64,000 bases of DNA, taken from positions 1,472,001-1,536,000 of the forward strand of contig CAXXOA010000001.1 of NCBI GenBank assembly GCA_963666275.2. Direction: 5' to 3'. A program made the position numbers and the translations under genes. Source of the DNA: Oceanispirochaeta sp. (GTDB lineage: Bacteria; Spirochaetota; Spirochaetia; DSM-2461). The notes beneath the pieces are model-generated. The model saw only the letters and a list, made by a program, of their open reading frames with translations. It searched no databases and was not told the DNA's origin. This document shows positions 17,271 to 27,901 of the stretch, in pieces (the stretch's first letter is position 1; the number at the start of each line of letters is the position of its first letter).

Positions 17271-20093
17271 ATGAAAAAACTGATTGTAAAAGGTGCCAGA
17301 GAGCATAATCTGAAAAACGTTGATCTGGAACTTCCCAGAGATAAACTGATTGTCATTTCAGGGCTGAGCGGTAGCGGAAAATCATCCCTGGCTTTTGATA
17401 CCATCTTCGCAGAAGGGCAGAGACGATATGTGGAGTCCCTGTCTGCCTATGCCAGACAGTTTCTGGGAAGGATGGACAAGCCCGATGTGGACTATATTGA
17501 GGGGCTTTCGCCTGCAATTTCCATAGAGCAGAAAACAACTCATAAGAATCCCCGATCCACAGTGGGTACAATAACGGAAATCTACGACTATCTGAGACTC
17601 CTGTTTGCCAGGATCGGCATACCCCACTGTCCCGACTGCGGGGTGGAGATCAAAGAGCAGTCTGTTGATCAGATTACCGATGCGGTCCTTTCGAAAGAGG
17701 AGGGCAGCCGTCTGATGATTCTGGCTCCTCTGGTCCGGGGGAAGAAGGGGGAGCACCGGAAAATCTTTGAAGACTCTCTCAAATCCGGCTTTCTCCGTGT
17801 CAGGGTCGACGGGGAGATCCTTTCCCTGGAAGATGAAATCAAGCTTGAAAAAAATAAAAAGCATTCCATTGAGGTTGTTGTCGACAGAGTCAAACTGAGC
17901 GGAGAAACCGTATCCCGGCTGACTCAGTCCATCGAGACGGCCCTGTCCATTTCGGACGGTCAGGTCATTATCCTTGAAAAGTCATCGGAAGGTGACCGGG
18001 AGCAGTTCTTCTCTGAGAAAAATTCCTGTCCCAGCTGCGGTTTCAGCATGCCCGAACTGCAGCCCCGTCTTTTCAGTTTCAACAACCCCTATGGGGCCTG
18101 TGCCGCCTGTTCCGGACTGGGGCAGACCCTGGAGTTTTCCCGGGATCTTATATTTCCCGATCTGGATCTCTCTTTCAATCAGCACGGTATAGCGCCCTAT
18201 AATCCCAAGGCCAACTGGTACCGGAGCTGGTTCGAAGCCCTGGCAAAGCATTACGGATTTTCTCTGGATACACCTCTGAAGGATCTGGATCCAGCGATAC
18301 TGGACATTATGCTCTATGGAAGCGATGAGCCCATAGAGGTGCTTTATGAAAACAGGGAAGGCACGGGCCGGTTTGAATACAATTCGGAGTACAAGGGAAT
18401 TATTGAAGATCTGAAAAGGCGGTACCGTGAAACAGGTTCGGACTCCATGAAGGACTGGATTGAAGAGTTCATGGAAAAAAGGACTTGTCATGAGTGCGGA
18501 GGGAAACGTCTGAAAAAAGAGGCTCTCTACGTTCTTGTGCATGGACAGAACATCGATGATCTTACCCGTTACTCCATCAAGGAGAGTCTGGATTTTTTCA
18601 ACAGTCTCAAACTGGGAGAAACGGAGCAGCACATTGCCTCGCAGATCCTCAAGGAGATCCGGGACCGGCTGACCTTCCTTGTCAGTGTGGGACTGGAATA
18701 CCTGACCCTCCATCGGGAGGCCGCAACCCTGTCGGGAGGAGAGGCCCAGAGGATTCGTCTGGCAACCCAGATCGGGTCTTCCCTGGTGGGTGTTCTCTAT
18801 ATCCTCGACGAACCCACCATCGGGCTGCATCAGCGGGATAATGAGCGTCTCATCGATACACTGAAGCATCTCCGGGATATCGGGAATACCCTGATAGTGG
18901 TAGAACATGATGAACAGACCCTGAGAACTGCCGACTACATTGTCGATATGGGCCCGGGGGCGGGAGTTCACGGCGGAAAAGTCGCCGCCAGAGGAACTCT
19001 GGAGGATATTCTCAAAAGCCCGGAGAGTCCTACTGGCCGTTTTCTCAGCGGCGCTGTGACCATAGATCTGCCGGAAAAACGGCGGAAGGGGACAGGGAAG
19101 AAACTGACTGTCAAAGGGGCGACAGAACACAATCTTAAAAATATCGATGTTTCTATTCCTCTGGGAACAATGACTGTCATCACAGGAGTTTCAGGATCGG
19201 GAAAATCCACCTTCCTCACGGATATCCTCTATCCGGCACTGAGCAACAAGCTCCACAAGTCGAAAAAGCCTGTAGGAGCCCATGGCGAAATAAAGGGGCT
19301 GGAACATCTGGATAAGGTCATCTGTATTGATCAGAGTCCGATAGGCAGGACTCCCCGGTCCAATCCGGCCACCTATGTAGGGCTGTTTACACCGGTGAGA
19401 GAGCTCTTCTCGTCTCTGCCCGAATCCAAAGCCCGGGGATTCAAACCCGGCCGATTCTCCTTCAATGTGAAGGGGGGGCGCTGCGAGCACTGCCAGGGCG
19501 CGGGGACCCAGAAAATTGAAATGCACTTCCTCCCGGATGTCTATGTGACCTGTGATGTCTGCAAGGGAAAAAGGTTCAACAGAGAAACTCTGGAGGTCCG
19601 GTACAAAGGAAAAAACATCCACGAGGTCCTGGATATGCCCATCGATGAAGCGGTGGAGTTTTTCGCGGCCATTCCCTCGATTGCCCATAAATGCCGGACC
19701 CTTCAGTCTGTGGGGCTCGGGTACATCAAACTCGGCCAGTCGGCTCTGACCCTGTCCGGAGGAGAGGCCCAGAGAGTGAAGCTCTCTCTGGAACTGTCAA
19801 AGCGGCAGACCGGTAAAACCATCTATATCATCGATGAACCCACAACAGGGCTTCATTTCGCCGATGTGAAGCAGCTCCTGGAAGTAATGCAGGCCCTGGT
19901 GGATAAGAAGAATACAATCTGCATGATCGAACACAATCTGGATGTGATCAAACAGGCCGACTATGTGGTTGATCTGGGTCCCGAGGGGGGAGACAAAGGG
20001 GGGAAGGTGGTGAAAGCCGGTACTCCCGAAGAGATCGCTTCCTGTAAAGACTCCTACACGGGGAAATTCCTGAAAGAGCTGTTGCCTGGATAA
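17271..20093 (+). CDS. uvrA: Excinuclease ABC subunit A
   Basis: Two ABC modules ([26 protein letters not shown] x2) and zinc fingers. Confidence 0.99.
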   Translation: MKKLIVKGAREHNLKNVDLELPRDKLIVISGLSGSGKSSLAFDTIFAEGQRRYVESLSAYARQFLGRMDKPDVDYIEGLSPAISIEQKTTHKNPRSTVGTITEIYDYLRLLFARIGIPHCPDCGVEIKEQSVDQITDAVLSKEEGSRLMILAPLVRGKKGEHRKIFEDSLKSGFLRVRVDGEILSLEDEIKLEKNKKHSIEVVVDRVKLSGETVSRLTQSIETALSISDGQVIILEKSSEGDREQFFSEKNSCPSCGFSMPELQPRLFSFNNPYGACAACSGLGQTLEFSRDLIFPDLDLSFNQHGIAPYNPKANWYRSWFEALAKHYGFSLDTPLKDLDPAILDIMLYGSDEPIEVLYENREGTGRFEYNSEYKGIIEDLKRRYRETGSDSMKDWIEEFMEKRTCHECGGKRLKKEALYVLVHGQNIDDLTRYSIKESLDFFNSLKLGETEQHIASQILKEIRDRLTFLVSVGLEYLTLHREAATLSGGEAQRIRLATQIGSSLVGVLYILDEPTIGLHQRDNERLIDTLKHLRDIGNTLIVVEHDEQTLRTADYIVDMGPGAGVHGGKVAARGTLEDILKSPESPTGRFLSGAVTIDLPEKRRKGTGKKLTVKGATEHNLKNIDVSIPLGTMTVITGVSGSGKSTFLTDILYPALSNKLHKSKKPVGAHGEIKGLEHLDKVICIDQSPIGRTPRSNPATYVGLFTPVRELFSSLPESKARGFKPGRFSFNVKGGRCEHCQGAGTQKIEMHFLPDVYVTCDVCKGKRFNRETLEVRYKGKNIHEVLDMPIDEAVEFFAAIPSIAHKCRTLQSVGLGYIKLGQSALTLSGGEAQRVKLSLELSKRQTGKTIYIIDEPTTGLHFADVKQLLEVMQALVDKKNTICMIEHNLDVIKQADYVVDLGPEGGDKGGKVVKAGTPEEIASCKDSYTGKFLKELLPG

Positions 20094-23000
20094 TGAACAG
20101 GCCGGGGTACTTGCTTTTCATAATCTTTTTCCTGTTCTCTCTCTGCAGTCCCGGTTTTTCTCAGGAGGCGGCTGAGGTTCAGCCCCTCCCGGCAGTCCCT
20201 TCTGCAGAGGAGGACGCGGAAGATCCCGACGGGGAACTGTCTCTCTTTGATAAGACTCTCAGGAAGGATATTGAAACGGCCAGCTACTATGAACTGGTCG
20301 CCTGGGTAGACTCTCTGGGGCTGGACAATCAGGGCAGTATTGATGCTCTGAGAAAGCATCTTTATACCTTCTATGAGATCCCTGTGAATCCCGAAGAGAC
20401 CTCTTCTCCCGGAGGATCCCTGATTACCATAAGATCCGCTTCGGATACAGACTATTTCACCATTGAGGAACCGGATCATCAGATGATCCGTCTCAAGGGA
20501 AATGTCCTTGTCGAGATGGAAGAGGAGGATCGGAACAGAAGCCATATCATTCAGGCGGATGAAATTATTTTCAACCAGACCGAAAATACCCTTACAGCCA
20601 CGGGGAATCTGGAATACAAAATGATCAGCGGGGATTATGAAGACCTCTTTTACGGAGACAGTCTCACCTTTTCCCTCTCCTCCTGGAACGGCGTCATATT
20701 TAAAGGGTCCTCCCTCCGGACGGAAACCATTGAAGGGGAGGAGAGGACTTTCTACTTTAACGGGGAGGTCATCCGGAGGGCCGGTTCCGGCGGAGTTTTC
20801 ATCCTGGAAAACGGAGATGTTCAGACCCAGGATGTGGAAAATCCCGATTTTCATCTCAAGTCCCAGCGCCTGTGGCTTATGGGCCCAAAAGAGTGGGGTG
20901 TCCGTCACGGCATCCTCTACATGGGCCATGTGCCTGTCCTATATATACCCTTTTACTTCAAACCCGGTAATGAGATGCTTTTCAATCCGGTCATAGGATC
21001 CCGGCTGCGTGAGGGTAACTTCATCCAGACCACAACCTATCTTCTGGGCCGTAAGGATGCCAGCGAAAACCTGGCGTTTTTCCAGCTGGGGGATTCGGAT
21101 GAATCCAATTACAAACTTGTCCGGGAAGGGCTCTATCTTATGAAAGAGAATGAGCCTCCGGATGATGAAAATGACGACACTCTGAAAGTCATGGCCGACT
21201 GGTATTCCCGTCTCGGCTATTTTACTGGGATTGACGGCGAGTTCACCGATAAAGAACTGTTCAGCTCCCTCAATTTTTCGGCTGGCCTGGGAGTGAGCAG
21301 GACAATTACAGACAGCAACACGATTTATTTTGAAGACGAATCCGGTGACTTCCGTTCCGACTGGAACAGCATCGTCTGGGGGGATGAGGAATATCCATTC
21401 CGGTGGGGTCAATCTCTGAATTTTACCTCTGATCACCTTACGGGTACCTTTCTGTTCTATTCAGATCCCTATTTCAACAGGGACTTTATGAACCGGGAGG
21501 AATCATTCGACTGGCTGAACACTCTCCTCACAACCAACGAGGAGACCGATCAGGAGGATATTCCTCTGGTTACCGATATGGAGTGGGAACTGACCTATTC
21601 CAACACTTTCAATGCCGATGTATTTTATCCCTATGTGGAGAGCTTTTCTCTGAATGAGCTTCGCTTCAGAATGGACTGGAACCGGAAAAGCAATGAGTCT
21701 GAATCCCTGGAGTATGCCAATGATCCGGCCAGGGAGTTTTTCTTCCCGGAAACTGTGGATCTGCCCTATCTCCGAGCCAGTCTCAGCGGCACTCCCGTCT
21801 CTTTTTCCACTCTGGACGGCTGGGGATGGGACGGTGACAGAGAGGATGCGGAAGATGAGGAGACTGAGGAAGATTCTCTGATCGATCCTCCCTGGGCGGT
21901 TTCAGAACCTCAGGGGGAAGAGGATTATCAGGATGAAAACCGGGAGCTGATTCAGGAGGAACCTCACTGGAACCGCAGCTTTTCCGACTACTCTCCCGAA
22001 TACTACAGAGGCTCATTATCCTATGACTATTCCACCCTTATGCATATTCAGGGAGAAACAAACCATGAGGACTGGGATTCTCCCGATGATACGGATTTTG
22101 TTATGGATGAAACCCTGTATCAGAGCAATAACAGTTTTACAACGACCTTTTTAAATGACTTTTTTGATGAGACCTTCGGTGTGAACAACACCAATACAGT
22201 TCTTTTCAACTACAGGACCCACCTTGATGCCCTGGGGGCTGTTACGGACAATATGGAGTATGAGGACTATCTGAGCGATTATCAGTACCAGTCTCTGAAC
22301 TGGGATAATGCGTTTGAAGCGGAATACAACCCCTTCCTGGGAATTCAGTCCTTCTCTTCCTCCCGTATCAGTTATGAACTGGACAACATGCTCTATGAAA
22401 AGGTTCTCGAGTCCTATGAAGAGGGCGGTGATCCCGTCTTTTCGGAAGAATGGGCAGAATGGGATGAAGAGAAGATTGAAAGTCACTATGTGGAAGGCTC
22501 TCTGAAATACAGTCCGGGAATCTTTTATGCCACCTCCACGGCCAACTATGATCTCCCCCCACTGCTGAGAAATGACCTTTATACCAATACAGTGGGTATC
22601 GGCTCCGATCATTGGGATCTCAGCGGAAGCCATTCCTTTTCGTATACTGAAGACGAATATGGCGAGAGGGAGTGGACGAAAAATCCTCTCATTCTCAGTG
22701 CGGCCTGGACCCCCCTGGATGAAATTGTCCTGGAGCAGGATGTCTCCTACAATTTTGAAGAGGAAACCTACACGAAAAGCCGCTCCTACCTGTCGGCATG
22801 GGGGTTCTATGCGGAGTATCTCCATGAATACACAACCGCCTATGAATGGGATCCTGAGGAGCTGGACTGGATTGATCTGGATGAGGACTTCGTTCCCTCC
22901 CGGTTCAGTACCGGATATGACTGGGAGTTCCAGCAGAGAGATCTCTGGAAAAACAGGATCTCCTGGGATACGGACCTCACTCTGGACTGGTCAAGGGATC

Positions 23001-23443
23001 TTCAGAAGTATACAGACAATGAGCTGAGTTTTATCTGGTACTATCATCTGAATATCTTCCAGTTTCTGGATCTTGAATATGCAATGACAACTGTCAATAA
23101 AAATATGTATCTCTATTCAGATTCCTACAGGGAAAAGCTGGGGATTGACGGAGAGTACAGTTTCTGGGAGGATCTATCCCGCTCTTTTAATGTTTTCAGT
23201 ACGGACCAGCAGGACAGGTATGATTCTTTTTTCAATCTGGAAAATATCAGTCTGGACCTGGTTCATCATCTGAGAGAGTGGGATCTCACACTGTCCTATG
23301 AGGGATGGCCCGAGCTGGTCGAGAACCGGTATGAATGGCAGTCCCAGGTTTCGGTCTTTCTGAAATGGAACCCCATACCCCAGATCCAGGCGGATATTCT
23401 GTACAGCGAAGAGGAGTGGTCGGTGGATACTGAAAAGGATTGA
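20093..23443 (+). CDS. lptD: LptD-like outer-membrane protein (spirochaete type)
   Basis: Signal peptide; beta-jellyroll-like N-domain (IRLKGNV, IQADEIIFN, ATGNLEY, VPVLYIPF); long aromatic beta-strand C-terminal region; follows uvrA as recalled for other spirochaetes. Confidence 0.75.
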   Translation: MNRPGYLLFIIFFLFSLCSPGFSQEAAEVQPLPAVPSAEEDAEDPDGELSLFDKTLRKDIETASYYELVAWVDSLGLDNQGSIDALRKHLYTFYEIPVNPEETSSPGGSLITIRSASDTDYFTIEEPDHQMIRLKGNVLVEMEEEDRNRSHIIQADEIIFNQTENTLTATGNLEYKMISGDYEDLFYGDSLTFSLSSWNGVIFKGSSLRTETIEGEERTFYFNGEVIRRAGSGGVFILENGDVQTQDVENPDFHLKSQRLWLMGPKEWGVRHGILYMGHVPVLYIPFYFKPGNEMLFNPVIGSRLREGNFIQTTTYLLGRKDASENLAFFQLGDSDESNYKLVREGLYLMKENEPPDDENDDTLKVMADWYSRLGYFTGIDGEFTDKELFSSLNFSAGLGVSRTITDSNTIYFEDESGDFRSDWNSIVWGDEEYPFRWGQSLNFTSDHLTGTFLFYSDPYFNRDFMNREESFDWLNTLLTTNEETDQEDIPLVTDMEWELTYSNTFNADVFYPYVESFSLNELRFRMDWNRKSNESESLEYANDPAREFFFPETVDLPYLRASLSGTPVSFSTLDGWGWDGDREDAEDEETEEDSLIDPPWAVSEPQGEEDYQDENRELIQEEPHWNRSFSDYSPEYYRGSLSYDYSTLMHIQGETNHEDWDSPDDTDFVMDETLYQSNNSFTTTFLNDFFDETFGVNNTNTVLFNYRTHLDALGAVTDNMEYEDYLSDYQYQSLNWDNAFEAEYNPFLGIQSFSSSRISYELDNMLYEKVLESYEEGGDPVFSEEWAEWDEEKIESHYVEGSLKYSPGIFYATSTANYDLPPLLRNDLYTNTVGIGSDHWDLSGSHSFSYTEDEYGEREWTKNPLILSAAWTPLDEIVLEQDVSYNFEEETYTKSRSYLSAWGFYAEYLHEYTTAYEWDPEELDWIDLDEDFVPSRFSTGYDWEFQQRDLWKNRISWDTDLTLDWSRDLQKYTDNELSFIWYYHLNIFQFLDLEYAMTTVNKNMYLYSDSYREKLGIDGEYSFWEDLSRSFNVFSTDQQDRYDSFFNLENISLDLVHHLREWDLTLSYEGWPELVENRYEWQSQVSVFLKWNPIPQIQADILYSEEEWSVDTEKD

Positions 23444-23447
23444 GTTC

Positions 23448-23477
23448 TTGACTCTTCAAGCCCACAGGCGGTACACT
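23448..23477 (+). promoter_or_regulatory. Sigma70-like promoter for the phoH cluster
   Basis: TTGACT-N18-TACACT. Confidence 0.5.
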
Positions 23478-23534
23478 GAACAGCGTTGGTTTGCGGTAAA
23501 TAGCTGTATGTCCATCAATTAATAAGGAACCTGT

Positions 23535-24491
23535 TTGATAAAAACTGATTTAATTACAATAGAAGATCCTGAGCTGCTGAGAAAAATCTGCGGACCCCAT
23601 GACAGGAATCTTAAAGAACTGGAAAACCTTCTCGATTCGAGAATATACACCAGGGGAAATGAAATCCATTTCGATTCTTCCGATGACAGGCAGATTTCTC
23701 TTTTTCAGACAATCATCAGAGATCTTGAATCCTCCGCCAGAAACAACTCATTTGACGATACCTATACAGTCAGGACAGTTTTCGAGGCCCGGTTGAAAGG
23801 CTCTGTTTCAAGAGAAGATCTTCAGAAAAAGAATATATCCATACCGGGAGGATCGCATAAAATTCTTCCCAGGAATCTCAGCCAGTACAACTATATGGAG
23901 ATTATGGGTTCTCATGATCTTACCTTCGGTATCGGCCCTGCGGGAACAGGGAAAACCTATCTGGCCATAGCCTATGCCCTGGGGGAAGTCCTCAGCAGAA
24001 GGTGCCGTAAGCTCATCCTGTCCCGTCCGGTGATTGAAGCGGGAGAGAACCTGGGGTATCTGCCGGGAGATCTGACCCAGAAACTGGATCCCTATCTGAA
24101 ACCACTGTATGATGCCATGGAAGATCTTCTCCTGCCGGCAACTCTTATGAAGATACAGGAGACAGGACTGATAGAGATATCTCCCCTGGCCTATATGAGA
24201 GGAAGAAGCCTCAGGAACAGCATTATCGTTCTTGATGAAGCACAGAATACAACTCAGGAGCAGATGAAGATGTTCCTTACCCGTCTCGGTGAGGGCTCCA
24301 GAGCTGTTATCACAGGAGATGTAACGCAGATCGATCTTCCCTGCAAGGAGAAGTCGGGATTGCTGCAGGCTGTAAAAATTCTTAAAAATGTAAGGGGTAT
24401 CGGGTTTGCATCCTTTACAAAAGATGATGTTGTCAGGCATCCTCTTGTAAAAAAAATCCTAGAGGCTTATGAACAGGAACATACGCATTAA
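23535..24491 (+). CDS. phoH: PhoH-family ATPase
   Basis: GPAGTGKT, RPVIEAGENLGYLPGD, LAYMRGRSL, DEAQN. Confidence 0.95.
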   Translation: MIKTDLITIEDPELLRKICGPHDRNLKELENLLDSRIYTRGNEIHFDSSDDRQISLFQTIIRDLESSARNNSFDDTYTVRTVFEARLKGSVSREDLQKKNISIPGGSHKILPRNLSQYNYMEIMGSHDLTFGIGPAGTGKTYLAIAYALGEVLSRRCRKLILSRPVIEAGENLGYLPGDLTQKLDPYLKPLYDAMEDLLLPATLMKIQETGLIEISPLAYMRGRSLRNSIIVLDEAQNTTQEQMKMFLTRLGEGSRAVITGDVTQIDLPCKEKSGLLQAVKILKNVRGIGFASFTKDDVVRHPLVKKILEAYEQEHTH

Positions 24492-26658
24492 TTTTCTGGA
24501 ACATCCCATTGTTTCAGAAAACAAAATCATCAAAAGAAACCATCTGTTTTTTTATTATCTGGTCTTTGTGGTAACCATCCTTTTCTTCACACAGTTCGAT
24601 ACTCTTTTTATGCGTGACAGCTATTACGGATACAGAGAAGGTGACCGGGTCGAGGAAACAGTTGTCCTTACCAAGCCCCTCAGTTATATAGACGAGGAAG
24701 CAACGGAAAAAAAGAAGAATCTCGCCATGGAGATGATCCTTCCTGTCTATGTGATCAAAGACGATATCAATGAGAAGATTCTCGATGAATTCGGAAGATT
24801 CAATGAGGATCTGAGAGCCATCATTTCAGAGGAATTTCCCCGGGACAGGATGGAGCAGCTGGAAGGCCTCTATCCAGGATTTCAGTATCTCGGCAGCCTC
24901 AGTGAAGTCGATCCGGTAAGGCTGAATCTTATGATGTCTTCGGTTCTGGATATTCTGGAGACTCTCCTTTCGAGAGGGATTATAAACAAACTGGATGCTT
25001 CGGGAACAGGAACAACAGGTCTCATAGAAATACTGAGGTCTGAAATCGGTGAACGAACGACGGTTCCCTCCGATAAGGCTCTCACCATTGACAACTGGCA
25101 GTTTTATGCAAGAAATATGCTGGATAACTATGACTTCAATCAGGGTGAGAGAAAATTCATCGAACTGATAACCTACTATTTTCTGGAACCCAACTGTTTT
25201 TTCAGTCCCGAACTGACGGAACTGAAAACCCAGGAAGTTTCCAAAACCATGGCCCCAGTCTGGGTGCACAGAGATGCGGGAGATGCTCTTCTTACCAGAG
25301 GAACCATCATCACCGCCACGGAACTTCAGACCATAGATGCTGTGAAGGACAGCCGGGGAAGGATCAGGATTCATTCCATACTGGGAACGCTCCTGTATAC
25401 TTTTCTGATTTTTCTGTTCCTGATTGTCCTTCTGATTGCCTTTCCGGCGGGGCTGGATCTGCTTGAAAGCCCCCATCTTGTTTTTTCACTTTCCTGGTTC
25501 CATATTCTCAGTTCTCTTGTCCTGTACAGATTCCTGGACGAACCCGGGGCCATTCCGGTTGTCCTTTTTCTTCCAGGCGGGCTTATTGCCATGCTCATGG
25601 CAATCCTGACAAACAGAAAGGGAACTTTTCTTTTTATAATTGTTCAGTCCATATTTATCTTTTTTGTGCTGGATTTTAACTCCCAGGCACTCTATATGAC
25701 ACTTTTTACAGGCCTGGGAGCCTCACTGGTGATCGAAGGAGCCGAAAAAAGGATCGATCTGATCAAAGGCGGCGTGTATCTGGCTCTTGTTCAGGTTTTC
25801 CTGCTGGGAGTCATGTTTCTTCTCACGCCCCTGGCTTTGAATACAATGATGCTTTCCTTTCTGGTGGCTATTCTCAACGGGCTGCTTTCAGGGTTTTTCT
25901 CCCTTATGGTACTTCCTCTGTTTGAGCATGTCATGAATGCCTGTACCACCTTTCGTCTCCAGGAGCTTTCGGATCTGAACGCCCCCCTGCTGAAGAGGAT
26001 GCTGGCTCTGGCTCCCGGGACCTATGCCCACTCCATGAATGTTGCGAATCTGGCGGAAACGGCCTGCCGGAATATCGGAGCGGATGCTCTGCTGGCCAGA
26101 GTGGGTGCCTATTATCATGATATCGGTAAAATTGATCAGTCCCAGTATTTCAGTGAAAATCAGAAGGATTACAATAAACATGACGATCTGAAAACAACCC
26201 TCTCTGTGGCTGTTATCAAATCCCATGTGAAAATAGGGATTGAGAAATCCAGAGAATTGAATATGCCTGATAAAGTTATCAATATAATTGCCCAGCACCA
26301 CGGGACAAGTGTCATTGAATATTTCTATCAGCGGGCGGTCAGTGAAAAGGGAGCTGAAAATGTCTCTTTTGAAGACTACTCCCACTCAGGTCCCAAGCCC
26401 CAGTCAAAAGAGGCGGCTGTGGTGATGCTCTCCGATATGGCGGAAGCCGCGACAAGGAGTATGTCGAAACCGACAGTTGCAAAACTGGAAAAGTCTCTCT
26501 GGGATCTTATTATGATCCGGTTTAAAGACGGAGAACTGAATGAATGCGGAATGACCCTTCAGGAACTTGAAACAATCAAATCTTCTTTTGTGCATGTCCT
26601 GACAGGTCAGTATCACTCGAGAATTGAATACCCCGAAAGAGAAAAGGAAACAGGATGA
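24469..26658 (+). CDS. 7TM-HD phosphohydrolase (PgpH-like)
   Basis: Extracytoplasmic domain, about 7 TM helices, APGTYAHS, YYHDIGK, QHHGT, HSRIEYP. Confidence 0.9.
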   Translation: MNRNIRINFLEHPIVSENKIIKRNHLFFYYLVFVVTILFFTQFDTLFMRDSYYGYREGDRVEETVVLTKPLSYIDEEATEKKKNLAMEMILPVYVIKDDINEKILDEFGRFNEDLRAIISEEFPRDRMEQLEGLYPGFQYLGSLSEVDPVRLNLMMSSVLDILETLLSRGIINKLDASGTGTTGLIEILRSEIGERTTVPSDKALTIDNWQFYARNMLDNYDFNQGERKFIELITYYFLEPNCFFSPELTELKTQEVSKTMAPVWVHRDAGDALLTRGTIITATELQTIDAVKDSRGRIRIHSILGTLLYTFLIFLFLIVLLIAFPAGLDLLESPHLVFSLSWFHILSSLVLYRFLDEPGAIPVVLFLPGGLIAMLMAILTNRKGTFLFIIVQSIFIFFVLDFNSQALYMTLFTGLGASLVIEGAEKRIDLIKGGVYLALVQVFLLGVMFLLTPLALNTMMLSFLVAILNGLLSGFFSLMVLPLFEHVMNACTTFRLQELSDLNAPLLKRMLALAPGTYAHSMNVANLAETACRNIGADALLARVGAYYHDIGKIDQSQYFSENQKDYNKHDDLKTTLSVAVIKSHVKIGIEKSRELNMPDKVINIIAQHHGTSVIEYFYQRAVSEKGAENVSFEDYSHSGPKPQSKEAAVVMLSDMAEAATRSMSKPTVAKLEKSLWDLIMIRFKDGELNECGMTLQELETIKSSFVHVLTGQYHSRIEYPEREKETG

Positions 26659-27116
26659 ATGAAATAGACGTGATTTCACAGCTGGAGACAGCCCCCCCCT
26701 GGCTGGAGCAGCTTGAACAGTTCGCTTCCCGGGTATTATCGGAAGAAGGGCTTTCAAATTGGGAAATTTCATTGACTCTCTGTCATGATCCTTATATAAA
26801 GGAATTAAACAGTCTTTACAGAGACAAAGATGAACCGACCGATGTCCTTTCTTTCTGTCAGAACGAAGGGGAGGATCCTTTTCCTACCGGAGCGGAAATT
26901 GTTTCCGCCGGCGATATCATTGTCTCTATGGATACTCTTGAGCGGCATGCCGCTGAGTTTGAAGTCCCTCTGGAAGAAGAACTGAAGAGGGTCGTCATAC
27001 ACGGGATTCTGCATCTCAAAGGGATGCAGCATGAAACAAATGATCTGGAAGAGAAAATGCTGAAACATCAGGAAAAACTTCTGGGTGAGCTGGGTTCATT
27101 CAGGATTTTTCAATGA
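26655..27116 (+). CDS. ybeY: rRNA maturation endoribonuclease YbeY
   Basis: LNSLYRDKDEPTDVLSF, HGILHLKGMQH. Confidence 0.96.
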   Translation: MNEIDVISQLETAPPWLEQLEQFASRVLSEEGLSNWEISLTLCHDPYIKELNSLYRDKDEPTDVLSFCQNEGEDPFPTGAEIVSAGDIIVSMDTLERHAAEFEVPLEEELKRVVIHGILHLKGMQHETNDLEEKMLKHQEKLLGELGSFRIFQ

Positions 27117-27901
27117 AATTATTCAAACAACTTGTGAGAAAAGGAAAGACGGAAAGAGTTGTTGACCATGAAACTCTCAATGAACTGAACTCTGATGAAC
27201 AGGGTATGATACAGGGAATTGTGGAGCTTTCTGACACAACAATCAAAGAGGTCATCATCCCCCGTATCGATGTGGTTTTCATTGATGGGAATATTGAAAA
27301 GGATGAACTCTTTGAAACTCTGATGAAGTCGGGACACTCCCGTTTTCCTGTATATAAAGACACCATAGATAATGTGGTGGGAGTCCTCTATGTGAAAGAT
27401 CTGCTGGGATCTCTTGTGAAAAATGAGGATTTTGCCATCTGTGAAATCATGCGGAAAGCCTATTTTGTTCCCGAGAGTATGAAACTGGATGTTCTGCTCA
27501 AGGAATTCAAACTCCGTCGGGTTCATATCGCCATTGTGGTTGATGAATACGGCGGGGTATCCGGAATAGTCTGTATGGAAGATATCATCGAGGAGATCGT
27601 CGGTGATATCCAGGATGAATTTGACAACGAAGAAGATGATATACTTGAGATAGGCCCCAATACCTATCTCTGTGATGCCCGAATTGATATCGAAGATTTG
27701 AACGAACACCTGTCTAAAGAACTGCCTGATGAAAAGTTTGATACACTGGGCGGTTTTGTTTTTGACCTGTTCGGAAAAATCCCTGTAAAGTATGAAAAAG
27801 TCACATATGATAATATGGACTTTATTATACAGTCGGTGGAAGGGCATAAAATTAAATCCGTAAAGGTCGTTGTCAATGATGAAGAGACTACTCAAAACTG
27901 A
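27113..27901 (+). CDS. corC: CBS-pair/CorC_HlyC protein
   Basis: HSRFPV, YVKDLL, VVDEYGG, EDIIEEIVGDIQDEFD. Confidence 0.88.
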   Translation: MKLFKQLVRKGKTERVVDHETLNELNSDEQGMIQGIVELSDTTIKEVIIPRIDVVFIDGNIEKDELFETLMKSGHSRFPVYKDTIDNVVGVLYVKDLLGSLVKNEDFAICEIMRKAYFVPESMKLDVLLKEFKLRRVHIAIVVDEYGGVSGIVCMEDIIEEIVGDIQDEFDNEEDDILEIGPNTYLCDARIDIEDLNEHLSKELPDEKFDTLGGFVFDLFGKIPVKYEKVTYDNMDFIIQSVEGHKIKSVKVVVNDEETTQN

